From: Carcharhinus amblyrhynchos
Lineage: Eukaryota
Assembly (NCBI GenBank): GCA_965287045.1
Contig: OZ336885.1
Location: forward strand, 4,092,001-4,156,000
Reading direction: 5' to 3'
Length of the DNA: 64,000 nt
Program-made: the position numbers and the translations under genes
The notes under the pieces: generated by a model
The model's database searches: none
Seen by the model: the letters and a program-made list of their open reading frames with translations, nothing else
What the model was told of the DNA's origin: nothing
In this document: positions 1 through 12,391 of the stretch, in pieces
Numbering within the stretch: the stretch's first letter is position 1
Layout of the letters: every line of letters starts with the position of its first letter

Positions 1-1399
1 TAATTCGTTAACAATTAGACTGAATCAGAACAGATTAATTATTAATTCCATGCATGGTAATTATGAGCAACCTCTGCTTTGTGCAGAAAGCAGCAATAGT
101 GTTAGAAATGCCTGGAAAAGGGGTTTCTGTTTACCACCCACCTGTAGCTGTGATATCCTTGGCCACAGCTGTGATCTCCAGCCACCCAAAGCAGGGTCTC
201 AAATTAGGTGGTGCTACACGGCATTCAGGAAAGAAACAGACAGACAGTAAATGAATTAGCCAGGTTGTCTGTGGTTTCATTTGGAACTGCTGATGTAATG
301 CCTATGGGAAATCCACCAAGACTCTTCCCATCGATTTTACTTTGAGTGTTTTGTCCACGTGCCTTCCGTAGGACCTGAAGGCGAGTTGTTTCTGAGCAAA
401 ATTTTGATTGTTAACCCCAAGATCTGTAGGGTCAAATGAGAAAGATGGCTACAGAAATGCAGGTTATCTACTTTATAGAACAAGGTTATTTACTGTGGTG
501 GTGTGGCCCCTTTAAGGAGGCACTCCCTCAGGCGAAATGAAGCTGGGTTCACCAATATGTTCAGCTGCCCCCCAAGTACTGGCACACATCTCAGTGTATT
601 CCAAGAAAGTGATTGTGTGGGACGATTACAGAGCACATCCGACAGACTGATGCAAATTGCTCCATTATTTTCACTGTTACGACACTTGAGTTTTGGGGTG
701 AAAGTTCCATCCTTAATCTCTTATTGATGCCAAAAATTCCATGTGCCTACTTAACATCTATCTCAAATCGTCCTATCATCTTCAAAGAGTATGGCCAGAA
801 TTTTATCATCACACCCGCCCTAGAATCGATGGCAAGGCTCGCAGAACGGAATTCTTCATTGGCCTCGGGCAGGATTTTACAAAATGATGCAGCACAGAAG
901 CAACCCATTTGAAATAGATACTGAATTAGTGTCACTCCTTGGCTCTTTCTCCATCATTCAACAGTTTTTATTCCTTTTGGATATTTATCCGATTGAAAAT
1001 TATTGTTGAATCTGCTTCCACTGTCCTTTTAGTCAATGTGTTCCAATTTGCAACAACTTACTGTATAAAACATTTCTCCTCATCTCTCAAGGCTCTTCTG
1101 TCAATTATCTTAAATACTGGCCATATGTTTGTGACTCTTCCTATGGTACTGGTGTAGTCTAATCACAAATGTAATTGAGCTCTTACCCCACGACAGGTTC
1201 AGTCTCTTTACCAACATAGGAGCTGTGGCTGTATTTAGTACATTGGTTGGGAAATATTTTGGTGCATCTTGAATAAGGTGCTGTATGTTTCACAGATACT
1301 TCCTTTCTTTGCTATTTCTTTCAACTTGTTACAGGTAAGACCATTCGGTTTCAGTTTGTTCTGAGATTGTGTTCAGCAAAAACACGTAGGGTTCCATTT

Positions 1400-1700
1400 C
1401 CTTAAAACAAAGAGGGAGATTTAATGAGTTGTTAAATGGGTTTTCAGGAGAGTAAACAGAGGGAAACTATTTCCTTTGGAAGGAGAATCAGTAATCTTTC
1501 AAACCAGATTTAAGATCATTGACAAAAGAGCCGTGAGAGATGAGGAGAAATGTTTTTACACAGCATGTTGTTGCGAATTGGAACACATTGACTAAAGGAT
1601 AGTGGAAGCAAATTCAACAATAATTTTCAATTAGATAAATATCCAAAAAGAATAAAAAATATTGAACAATTAGAAAGAGCCAAGGAGAGGCACTAATTCA
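1400..1700 (+). mobile_element. Old CR1-type LINE 3' fragment
   Basis: gatgaggagaaatgtttttacacagcatgttgttgcgaattggaac is a degenerate version of the MRRNFFTQRVVNLWN motif. Confidence 0.6.
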
Positions 1701-2069
1701 GTATCTATTTCAAATGCTTTGCTTCTGTTCCGTACTATTTTATGAACACCAGAAATATCCTGGAATTTTTCATATTTAAAAAATAGATTTTCAGTCACTC
1801 TGCAGCAATAATTCTGTACAACGGTTTGGAGGTGTTTGGTTTGACATGTCCTCAGATTTGCTTTTTGGAAGTGCTCAAAATTGATTTGTTTTATGCAGCC
1901 ATCAATGAACCTAACCGTGGGGCTCATCTAAAAACCTCTGTATATACAACCCTCTCTGCAACTGCAGTTCATGGGGTTAAATCTGCCCATAGGGATAGTC
2001 CAGTCCAATCCAGTCTGCAGCCCTCTGCAACCCACACTACACCCCTCTTCCACCAATGATTCTCCACCC

Positions 2070-2165
2070 CGCCAACCATTCCCCCCCCACCCACCCCCCG
2101 GGGCCCCCATCAACCATTTCCCCCCCCCAACACCTCCACCAACCATCCCACCCCGTCCCCCACCA
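2070..2165. repeat. C-rich low-complexity tract
   Basis: Runs of C and CCA units. Confidence 0.8.
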
Positions 2166-2384
2166 AGTAATGCAGGGTCCTATTTGCAAGCCCATCAACC
2201 CTTACGTTCCTCTTGAAGTAACTAATCAGCCAGCAATGTGACAAAGTTCTGAGGTGCAGTCACTGATAAATTAGAAAGCATGAAAAATGACCACACCTTA
2301 TCATCTGCTGCCTTATAAACCAAGCTAGTAGGTTTTGTTTTATTAGCAATCTATAAACACTGGAAAGCTTTTGAATCTATACTT

Positions 2385-2580
2385 TTGTGTACGTGTGTGT
2401 GGATGTTTGTAGACTATATAAGTGTGGGTCTGCATGTTTATTTGCGTGAAGGTGTGTCTCAGTGGGTGCGTGTAGGTGTTTGTGTGGGTGTGTCTGTGTA
2501 AGTATGGGTGTGTGCGTCCATTTGTGTGAGGGTGTGTGCCTCTGAATGTGCATGTTTCTGTGAGTATGTGTGTGAGCTTG
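2385..2580. repeat. Degenerate (TG)n-rich simple repeat
   Basis: Interrupted gtgtgt arrays. Confidence 0.8.
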
Positions 2581-2589
2581 GTTGCTTTT

Positions 2590-3199
2590 TCAATGCTGCC
2601 CCTCTTTTTCCCTCTCTGAAGTTGGAGACTGGAATCTGCCAGAAACTAAGTTTCTTTCTGCCTTATGAGAGTGAATTTTTCTCTGAGAGTTGCTGTTTTG
2701 GAAGCTGCAGAAAGTGAAATATTTCTTTCTGTCTCTGAAATCTGGAGACTGGGAGCTGCCAGAGACCAGGTTTACTTCTCCTGATGTTTTGCTGTTTGAG
2801 GATATATCCTTTTTTGATAACTGCTGTCTGCATCTCTACACAGAAGTGTGAAAAGTCAGGAAATCTAACACCATGTGATCATACTTGTGCTAACTAACTT
2901 TGAAGAAAGATATATGTCTATGGAGATATTGCTTTAAAGTATAGAGATTGCTTGTTGTTAAAAATTATATTTTGTCATGTTTAAGTATTTTAATTGGTAA
3001 AAGGTATGCCAATTCTTTTTTGTTATATTCTAATTCTGTTCTTAAATAAAGTTTAGTTTGATAAAAGCTTCCTAGTGGTCACTGGATCATACCTGAAGTG
3101 AAACAACTTATACTCACCTGCTTGCCAAAATCAGAAGTAAAGTTTGGAGTCTAGATTAACTTCAAAATATACTTCAAGTTTCTGATCTGGTCCATAACA
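2590..3199 (+). mobile_element. Solo-LTR-like element (same family as 47611-48331); 5' boundary uncertain
   Basis: 3042-3199 (aataaa...gcttcctagt...gccaaaat...tttctgatct..taaCA) aligns with the reverse complement of 47611-47760. Confidence 0.6.
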
Positions 3200-3334
3200 G
3201 CAGAGATGAGAATGGTAAAGACTGTCATTTATGGGAGTCATGTACAGGCCTGATAACAATAACCATGTGGCAGGGTAGAACATAAAGGAAGAAATAATTA
3301 GAGCTTTTCAGAAAGGTACAGTGGTTATTATTAA

Positions 3335-4945
3335 TATATAATGTGAGCAGTCAGGGTCCTAGCACAGATCCCTGTGATACCTCACTAGTCACTGCTTGCC
3401 AATCGGAAAAAGACCCATTTATTCCACCTCTTTGCTTCTTGTCTGCTAACCAGTTTCCTATCCATCTCAAGACATTACCCGTAATCTCATGTGCTTTATT
3501 GTTCACGTAGACCATTTAGGATGGAGGTAAGAAGACACTCCTTCACGCAAAGAGTGGTGAGCCTGTGGAATTCACTACCACAGAAGTAGTGAATGCCAAA
3601 AGATTGACTGCATTCAAGAGGTGGCTAGATATAGCACTTGGAATAAATAGGATCAAAGGTTATGGGGCAAAAGCAAGAATAGGCCATTGAGTTGGATGAT
3701 CAGCCATGATCATAATGAATGGCAGAGCAGGCTCAAAGGGTCAAATGGTCCCCTCCTGCTCTTATCTTCTATGTTTCTATGTTTAGCTTTACATAATATT
3801 ATGCTATGTAAGAGCTTGTCAAAAGCCTTCTGAAAGTCTAAATGAACCACATTCATCAGTTCTCCGTGGTCAACTCTACTAGTTATTACCGAAAATAAAA
3901 GTTCATCTGAGAGGGGGTAACATATCGGCATGGACAGAAGATTAGCTGAGTAGCAGGAAACAAACAGAAGGCATAAATGGGTATTTTTCAGGTTGGCAAG
4001 GTGTAACAAGTGGTTTAGCAAGGGGATCAATGCTTTACAATTTATATAAATGACTTGGATGAAGGGATCGAAGGGATGGTTGCTAGATTTGTTGATGACA
4101 CAAAGATAGGTAGGAAAGTAAGTTGTGAAGGGGACATAAGGAGGCTACAAAAAGATATAGATAGGTTATGTGAGTAGGCAAAGATCTGGCAAATGGCATC
4201 TAATGTGAAAATTGTCCATTTTGGCAGGAAGGATAAAAAAGGAAACTAAATGGTGAGAGATTGCAAAGCTCTGAGAGGCAAAGAGATTTAGGGGTGCTAC
4301 TGCATGAATCAAAAAAGGCTAGCGTGCAGGTACAGCAACTAATTCAGAAAGCTAATAGAAGGTTAGCATTTATTGCGACGAAAATGGAATACAAAAATAA
4401 GGAGGTTGTGCTTCAGTTGCACAGGGCACCAATGAGACGACGTTTGGTGTATTGTGTACAGTATTGGTCTCCTTATTTAAGGATGTAATTAATAGGCAGG
4501 TTAGCTAATGAGGAAAAGGTATATCAGCTATTCATCTGTCTATTGGAGGTTAGAAGAATAACAGGTGATTTGATTGAAACATGTAAGATCCTGAGGGGTC
4601 TTGACAAGGTGGATGTGTAGAGGATGTCTCCTTTTCTGGAGAAATCTAGAACTGAGGGGGAGGGGTGGTGGTCGCTGTTTAAAAATAAAGACTCGCCCAT
4701 TCAAAGACAGAGGTGAGGAGAATTTTTTTTCTCTCAGAGGGCGGTGAATCTCTGGAAATCTTTTCCTCAAAAGACAGTGAAAGCCGAGTCTTTGAATATT
4801 TTTAATGCAGAGCGAGATAGATTCTTGATTAACAAGGGGTGTAGGCAGGAATGTGGGATTGAAGTTACAATCAGACCAGTCATCATCTTATTGAATGGAG
4901 GAGCAGGATCAACAGGCGAAGTGGCTACTCCTGCTCTAATGTCTA
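3335..4945. mobile_element. Cluster of CR1/HER1-type LINE fragments (minus ~3335-3500, plus 3' end ~3510-3780, minus ~3790-3890, plus ~3920-4945)
   Basis: RT motifs HLDFQKAFDK, DDTKIG and YCVQYWSPYL, plus a CR1 3' UTR with (ttctatgt) tail. Confidence 0.85.
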
Positions 4946-5875
4946 TAGTCACAAATACTAGCTGACATTCAGAATTCTGGTGAATCTAGCTGTTATAGTC
5001 ATTGGGTCAGAATCTTGGATTCTCCCCTTCAGCACTGACCTTCACCCTCTCTGCATGGATTGCACTGATTCAAGATGGTGATTCACTGCCACCTTCACAA
5101 AGGGCAGAAAATGCCCGTGACACCCGAGAATTTTTTTTTAAATTAGCATTCGTGTTGCTATTGTGTGTCTGAGTCTTTGCTGTGATTCAGATCAATCACA
5201 GTTAATATTGATTACTTTCTGTGTTGAAAAATCTTACTGAATAAAAACAAATCAAGGATTTTTCAAACTGGGTTATACAGAAGGACCTGAGAAATCACAG
5301 AATTTCTTAACAATCAACAACATGGAAGGAGGCCATTTGGCCCATCATGTCCATGCAGTCAATGAAAAGTTATACAGCATAATCCCACTAGGTGTGTAGC
5401 CATGCAAGCTATAGTTCTTGAAGTAGATGTCCAAATACTCTATAGAGAGTTGCAGCTACTTCTGCCCTGTCAGGTAATAAGTTCCAGGTTTCTGCCATCC
5501 AGGTAATTTAGGGACTGAACATGAAGTCCTGGATAGAAATCAACTTTTCTGATAGATATTCATGAAAAACTGAAAAATGAACAAATGTGACTCTATATTT
5601 TGGAGCAAATTCACTCCTTCCTACCCAATAACTGTTCATTTAATTCAGTGTTTCCATGAAGGAATTTCTTGAGCTTTCCTATTCACATTTCCTTGAGATG
5701 ATAAATAGTTTTCAATCAGAATTGAGTGAGCAATAAAATGCTGAGAGGAATATCTCAGGAGTGTTTACAGATGACAACGTGAAATGGCTCGACAATAACA
5801 CAACACTTTGCGTTTAAAGTACAGCAAACCAGCAGTTGTTAGGACAGCTGGTTTTCTGGATACAAAGAGAATTAA

Positions 5876-6415
5876 GGGCAGAACGGTGCACGGTGGTTAG
5901 CACTGCTGCCTCACAGCACCAGAGACCCAGGTTCAATTCCAGCCTCAGGTGACTGTCTGTGTGGAGTTTGCACATTCTCCCTGTGTCCGCATGCGTTTCC
6001 TCCGGTTTCCTCCCACAGTCCAAAGATATGCGGGTTTGGTGCATTGACCATGCTAAAATTGCCCCTTAGTGTCAGGACGACAAGCTAGAGTAAATGCATG
6101 GGGTTATGGAGATTGGACCTGGATGGGATTGTGGTGGGTGCAGTCTGGTTGGGCCAAGTGGCCTCCTTCTGCATTGTAGGATTCTATGAATCCATGTGTC
6201 TGCATAGATTTCCTCCAGATGCTCTGGTTTCCTCCCACAGTCCAAAGATGTCTGGGTTAGGTGGATTGGCCATGTTAAAATCGCCCCTTAGTGTCAGGGG
6301 GGATTAGCAGGGTAAATATGTGGGGTTACAGGGATAGGGCCCGGGTGGCGTTGGTGTTAGTGCAAGCTCGATGGGCTGTCTGGCCTCCTTCTGTACTGTA
6401 GGGATTCTATTCTAT
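5876..6415 (+). mobile_element. tRNA-derived HE1/V-SINE with a tandemly repeated 3' portion (~6195-6415)
   Basis: A box (ggtggttagc) and B box (ggttcaattcc), central gtctgtgtggagtttgcacattctcc domain, and a LINE-derived tail that occurs twice. Confidence 0.85.
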
Positions 6416-6699
6416 TTTATAAGGGATATGGGATTATGACAGGCAAGCGGAACTGAGGTAGAAGATCATCCATAATGTTCTAAAGCAGACTATTTCTGCT
6501 GCTATTTATTATCATAGAGCCATACAGTAATGAAGAGATCATTTGGCCCATCAAGACTGCACTGACATGCGAGAAACACCTGAACTCCCTCCTAATCCCA
6601 TCTACCAGCATTTGGTCCTTGGCCTTGAATGTTATGGCGTGCCAAGTGCTCCTATCATTATTACAATTTTATAGAGGTGACTAAAGGATTTGTCAAAGT

Positions 6700-6845
6700 G
6701 TTAGGCATTAATTAAGAGGTGTCTGAAAGGGGGAGAGTGCAGTGCTTCGGTCTATGTGGCTGAAGGTACTGCTGCCAATAGTGGATCCATTAAAATCAGG
6801 GTCACTCAAGAAGCCAAATCTGGCAGAGTGCAGCAATCTCAGAGT
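6700..6845 (-). mobile_element. L2-like LINE 3' fragment
   Basis: The minus strand reads as an L2-type 3' region (ORF-track translation FNGSTIGSSTFS). Confidence 0.45.
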
Positions 6846-7734
6846 GTAACAAAAAAGGATTCTTCCTTGAAGGTAAACTGACAGCCAATATGTAACAGCA
6901 AGATCCCATGAATGAGGGGTTAACTTGCTTTCGTTGGCATTGAAATCAGTATTGTCTCTAAGACAGCAGAATCGCAGCCTACATCCCGCTACCTTATACC
7001 TGGTACACACACAAGCACAGACTGTATGCACGGCTGGCGTCAATTGTATTGTAATAATAGATATATTTCTGAAAAAAAGCAATGACAAAAGAGACTTAAA
7101 CATCTAGTAAAATAGGTACTTAAAAAATGATTCATTATTTGCATAGTGTCTACAGTCAAGGTCACCAATAGGTACAGACATTGTGTAAAATTGATGGGAA
7201 CAGTTCAATAGCAGGCTGTGTGGAGTGTCATCACTTAATACCCGAATGCAGAGGTTGATAAATTGATTTAATCCCTTGACTTGAGGGAGATAATGAGTTT
7301 TTGCATTTTCTAAAAATTGCCTCATTTTCATGACACAACATTTATTCCATTGCTAGCTTCCAAAAGGCATTAAATACGAACACGATGTGCTGTGACCTTC
7401 CTCACTGCAAATAGCTTTCTGCTCCCACATCATCTCATACTTCACAACTGTTACTAAGTGGACTGTTTAGAAGCATTTGGCTCGATCATACTGCGTACTT
7501 CTGTGTTTAAGATGACGTTTCAAATAATATTCAGTAACACATTTGAAGCACATCTGACAATTAAAACACATTAGCACATTTAAAATACATGCTAACATAT
7601 TTAAAGCATTCACTTTAATTGTGAAGAGGTAGAGCTGTAAGAAAAAGCCCATTAGCATTTTGTGTTTTAAAAACTGAGGTGTAAAGGAAAGCATTAATAA
7701 TAAATTTGTAGAAGGCAATCCTGAGGCCACAGCT

Positions 7735-8420
7735 TTTTTATGTTCTTTCGCAGGCATCGCTGGCTAGGCCCAGCATTTATTGTCCATCCCTAATTGCCCT
7801 TGAGAAGATAGTGCTGAGCTGCCTTCTTGAACCGCTGCAGGTCCATGTGGCGTAATTATTCCTGCAGTGCTGTTATGGAGGGAGATCCAGGGCTTTGACC
7901 CAATAACAGTGAGAGAATAATGATATAGTTTCAATTCAAGATGGCGTGTGTCTTGGAGGTGAGCTTCCAGATGCTGCCCATGCTCTTTTAGGTGGGAGCG
8001 GTTGTAGGTTTGGAAGGCGCTGTTGAAGAAGCCTTGGTGACTTGTGTTGAAGGAGCCTGTGCGTTTTATAGATGGGACACGCAGCTGCCATTGTGTGTTG
8101 GTGTGGAAGTAGTGAATGTTTAGTTGGTGAATAGAGCGCTAATCAAGCGGGTTGTTTTGTCCTGGATTGTGTCACGCTTCTTGAGTGTTGTTGGAGCTGC
8201 ATTCATCCAAGCAAGTGGAAAGCATTCCATCCCACTCCTGATTTATGCTTTGTAGGTAGCAGACAGGCTTTGGGGAGTCAGGAGGTCAGTTACTCGCCGC
8301 AGAATTCTTAACCTCTGACCTGATGTTGTATTTATTTGGTATTTATATAGCTGGTCCAGTTCACTTTCCAGTCAATGGTAACACCCAGGATGTTGATAAT
8401 GGCAGAGAGAGTGATTGTAG
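7735..8420 (-). mobile_element. LINE 3' fragment (family with gccagcgatgcc tail)
   Basis: Shares the catcgctggc...cagcatttattg.ccatccctaattgcccttgagaag block with 50430-51075 and 53195-53560. Confidence 0.7.
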
Positions 8421-8424
8421 TGTC

Positions 8425-9460
8425 ATTGGAACCGCTTCTGGGGGAGGTAGGGCCAGTACAAATCCGATGGTCTGCACCTAGGCAGGATCAGAACTAATGT
8501 CCTGGGGGGAGTGTTTGCTCGTGCTGTTGGGAAGGGTTTAAACTAATATGGCAGGGGGATGGGAACCAATGCAGGACGTCAGAGGGAAGTAAAATGGGGA
8601 CAAAAACAAAAGGCAGTAAGGGGCAAAATGGAAGCAGAGAAACCATAGATAAAAAAAGGCCACATTTCATCATAATTATAAGACAGAAATAAATGCCAAA
8701 AAAAAGCCTGAAGGCTCTGTGTCTCAACGTGAGGAGCATTTGCAATAAGGTGGATGAACTAACTGTGCAGACAGTCATTAACGGATATGATATAATTGGG
8801 ATCAATTTAATGGCATGTCAATGGCATGCTGGCCTTCATAGCAGGAGGATTTGAGTGTAGGAATAAGGATATCTTGCTGCAGATGTACAGGGCTTTGATG
8901 AGGCCACATCTTGAATATTGTGTGTAGTTTTGGTCTCCTATTCTGAGGAAGGACATTCTTGCTATTGAGGGAGTCCAGCAGAGATTCCTGATTCCCGGAA
9001 TGGCAGGACTGATATACGAAGAGACACTGGATCGACTGGGCTGGTACTCACTGGAATTTAGAAGAATGAGAGGGGATCTCATTGAAACATATAAAATCCT
9101 GATAGGACTGGACAGGCAAGATTTGGGAAGAATGTTCCTGATGTTGGGGAAGTCCAAAACTAGGGTTCAAAGTCTAAGAATAAGGAGTAAGCCATTCAGG
9201 ACTGAGATGAGAAAGAGTTTCTTCACTCAGAGTTGTGAACCTGTGGAATTCTCTTCCACAGAAAGCTGTTGGGGCCAGTTCAGTAAATATGTTCAAGAGG
9301 GAGCTGGATGCGGCCCATGCGGCTAAAGGGATCAAGGTGTACGGAAAGAAAGTGGGAGTGTGATATTGCAAGTTCATGATCAATCATGACCATAGTGCAT
9401 GGTAGTGCAGGGTCGAAGGCTGAATGGTCTGGTCCTGCATTTATTTTCTATGTTTCTATG
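8425..9460 (+). mobile_element. CR1/HER1 LINE with internal deletion (ORF1 end, endonuclease start, RT C-terminus, 3' UTR)
   Basis: 8705-8805 encodes LKALCLNVRSICNKVDEL...YDIIGI (APE N-terminus) and is joined directly to GMLAFIA...YSLEFRRMRGDLIETYK. Tail (ttctatgt). Confidence 0.85.
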
Positions 9461-10479
9461 TTGAATATCGAGGAGCACTGGTTAGATTCTATTTAAGAGT
9501 ACTGTGTACAGTTTTGGACCTCCCACTAAGAAAGGATGTTAAACCATAGAGAGTATATAGTTGATGATACCAAGAATGAGGGGAGTCTTAATTACTGAGA
9601 TTGTTTAGGCTAGCGTAAAGAAGCCTAGAAGAACTTCTTGTGAAGCTTTGCAAAATGATGAAGGATATTAATAGGGTGAAGAATTTGAATCCAATTTTAA
9701 AAAGCTGGTCTTGCTTAAAGTAAACATGAAGCTGTTAAATTGTCAGAAAAACCCAACTGGTTCAGTAAAGCTCTTTAGGGGAGGCAACCCCTGGACTGAC
9801 CCAGCCTGGCCTGGCCTATATCCCTTGAGTCCCACAGCAAAGTGGTTGATTCCTAGCTGTCCTCTAAAGTGACATTTTTCCCCGGGACAACTTAGAATGA
9901 GCATACATTCTTAGAAAGCATACAATTTAGAATCAGCAACATCCACATCCTGCAAATGGTTATAAAAAAGGGCATTCCCATTTCTTTTGGTTGCAAAGTC
10001 ATTAATTTAAAATGGTCATTAAGAAAGTGAGGAAATCAATTAAGAGAATATTTCTTAACAGAAGGGTATATATGTATCTATATAAAATTCAAGAAGTGTT
10101 GGAATGTGGGTTGCTTTAATTCAGGGAGAGATTGAGGCAGAGACCATTGTGCATTTTATGGGAAAAGCAGATAAGTGCTTGAAGCAGACGCAGAGTTATG
10201 GGGAGAGAGCTCCAGCACAGATACAGATCACCAACTCCTCTTCTGTGCTAGAAACTCTATGTTTTCAGCTCTTTTTACAGTTTGTGAATTTATGACAGTG
10301 TGAAAGATCAATTATAATAATCAGATTCATTGGGAAGAAGGTCAAAAATAAATCTACTTATCTGTGGTTCATCTATCAGATGTGAATAGTGCAACTATCT
10401 TCCTGACTTATCGAGGGAAAATAGAAATGGGCAATAAATACTGGCCTTGCTTCAACATTCACATCAAATTGCATTGAAT

Positions 10480-11198
10480 TTACAACACATAAATAGGCCA
10501 TTTGGCCCAAATGCTTTACATTGCTGTTTATGCAGCGCTTGACATTCCTCCCACCCTCCTCACCTCATTATCACATTGAATCCTTATATTCCCTTCTCCT
10601 TCATGATTATCCAGCTTCTCTTTAAATGTATCTATGTTACTCAGCTCAACTGCTCCCTGTAATTAAATTCCACATACTCACCACTTTCTGGGGTAAGAAC
10701 ATTTCTCCTGAATTCCTGACTGGACTTATGAGCAATAACAACAAAGAACAACAAAGGGTGGTGAATCTCTGGAATTCTCTGCCCGTTGAAGTGGTGGAGG
10801 CTGCCTCGCTAAATATTTTTAAGACGCGGGTTGATGGGTTTTTGATGAGAGAGGGGATTAAGGGTTATGGGGAGAGGGCGGGAATGTGGAACTGAGCCAC
10901 GACAGATCAGCCATGATCTTATTGAATGGCGGGGCAGGCTCGAAGGGCTAGTTGGCCTACTCCTGCTCCTATTTCTTATGTTCTTATGTTCTTAAGGGGC
11001 GATTTGACAAATACATGAATAGGATGGGAATAGAGGGATATGAGTTCCGGAGGCGTCGGGGGTTTTAGTTCAGTCGGGCAGCTTGATTGGTGCAGGCTTG
11101 GAGGGCCGAAGGGCCTGTTCCTGTGCTGTAATTTTCTTTGTTGTTCTTTGTTGTTATTGCTCATAAGTCCAGTCAGGAATTCAGGAGAAATGTTCTTA
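10480..11198. mobile_element. Composite: old minus CR1 fragment, young plus CR1 3' end (10752-10994), second LINE 3' end (10995-11155), flanked by a 63-bp inverted repeat
   Basis: RVVNLWNSLPVEVVEA motif, tails (ttcttatg)n and (ctttgttgtt)n. 10694-10756 is the exact reverse complement of 11136-11198. Confidence 0.85.
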
Positions 11199-11284
11199 AA
11201 AGTCACAAATGATTGTATATTAAATATCTTTAGTGATCACCTCATCTAATTTGAGGATTCAATATATTAACAGAGTTTCATGTC

Positions 11285-11690
11285 AGCTGGGGCTCAGTTG
11301 GTGTCCCTTTAATCTCTGCGTCACACAGTTCACAAAGTGAAGCACTCAAGCATTCTTGGGCTTGAGCACAACAATCCAGGCTGACACTCCAGTGCAGTAC
11401 TGAGGGAACACTGCAGTGGTTGAGGTGCTGCTCTTCAAATTAAATGTTAGACTGAGACCCCATCTGCCTCCTCGGGTGGATGTTTCAAAGGGGAGCAGCG
11501 GAGTTACTCCTGTTGTCCTGCCAATCCCTCAATCAACATCATAAAAAATAGATGACCCGGCCATGATCACATTGCTGTATGTGGGATCTTGCCATGCAAA
11601 CAATGACTGCCATGTTGCCTCCATTACAACAGTGACTATATTCTCTGGTGGTCATTAAGCACCATATAAAAACAAGTCATTCTTTCTTTT
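11285..11690 (+). mobile_element. DeuSINE/SacSINE1-like SINE
   Basis: ggctcagttgg head, caggctgacactccagtgcagtactgaggga, and atcacattgctgt.tgtgggatcttg core blocks. Confidence 0.7.
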
Positions 11691-12391
11691 ACTCATTGAC
11701 TGGTCAGCTGTTAGCCTTTACATTCTAAATACACTTCCAAAGAATTTGCTCACACAAAGCTTCATCTGGGAGTAACCCTTTCTATAGAAAACCCCCTCAG
11801 TCAGCGGATCAAAGTGGGTTTCCAGATTGAAGGATCAGCGCTGTTAAGCCTGGATTTTTTTCCTGGGTTCTGAAATTCATGTTCTCGTGGCTGCTTGACT
11901 TTCTTTCCAGGTTAACGAATGGGAAGGTGCATTTTGCTGGTCATCTTCGCCCCACAGTAATTAACATAAATTACCGGCAATGATTCAGCAAGTGTTGTGG
12001 GGAGAGGCCTTGTTCTCATACAGCAAAGGAGATTAAATGGGAATTGCTTTCTGAAGGCAAATAAATTCTGACCTTGACAGCATTGCTAACATCTAAAGAA
12101 TGCACTTAAATAAGAACTTCAAAAATTGGATAAATACTTGCAAGTGAGAAAATTGCAAGACCGTGGGGAAAGAGACTGGGAATTGTATTAATTAGATGAT
12201 TCTTTTAAAGAATTAGCCTCCTTCTGTGCTGGAAGATTCTAAGTCCTCCATCGTTGTTGAATGTTCCTCCTATTCAGTATTAAAGGTTCAGATCACTGTA
12301 TGGGAGCAGTGGAGAACTCGGAGCTCTTTAAAATTATACTTAAATAGTAAAATATTTTGACCATTTATGAAAAGCATATTGTGATGGTACA

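Noticed and set aside
1971-2216. Proline-rich ORF
   Set aside because: Translation of a C-rich low-complexity tract.
5876-5950. tRNA genes at A/B-box sequences (also 18662, 43000, 49324)
   Set aside because: These are SINE heads that continue into V-domain and LINE-tail sequence, with no complete cloverleaf or terminator.
10694-11198. DNA transposon with 63-bp TIRs
   Set aside because: The arms are made of local LINE sequence continuous with the left flank and there is no TSD; an inversion-duplication explains it better.
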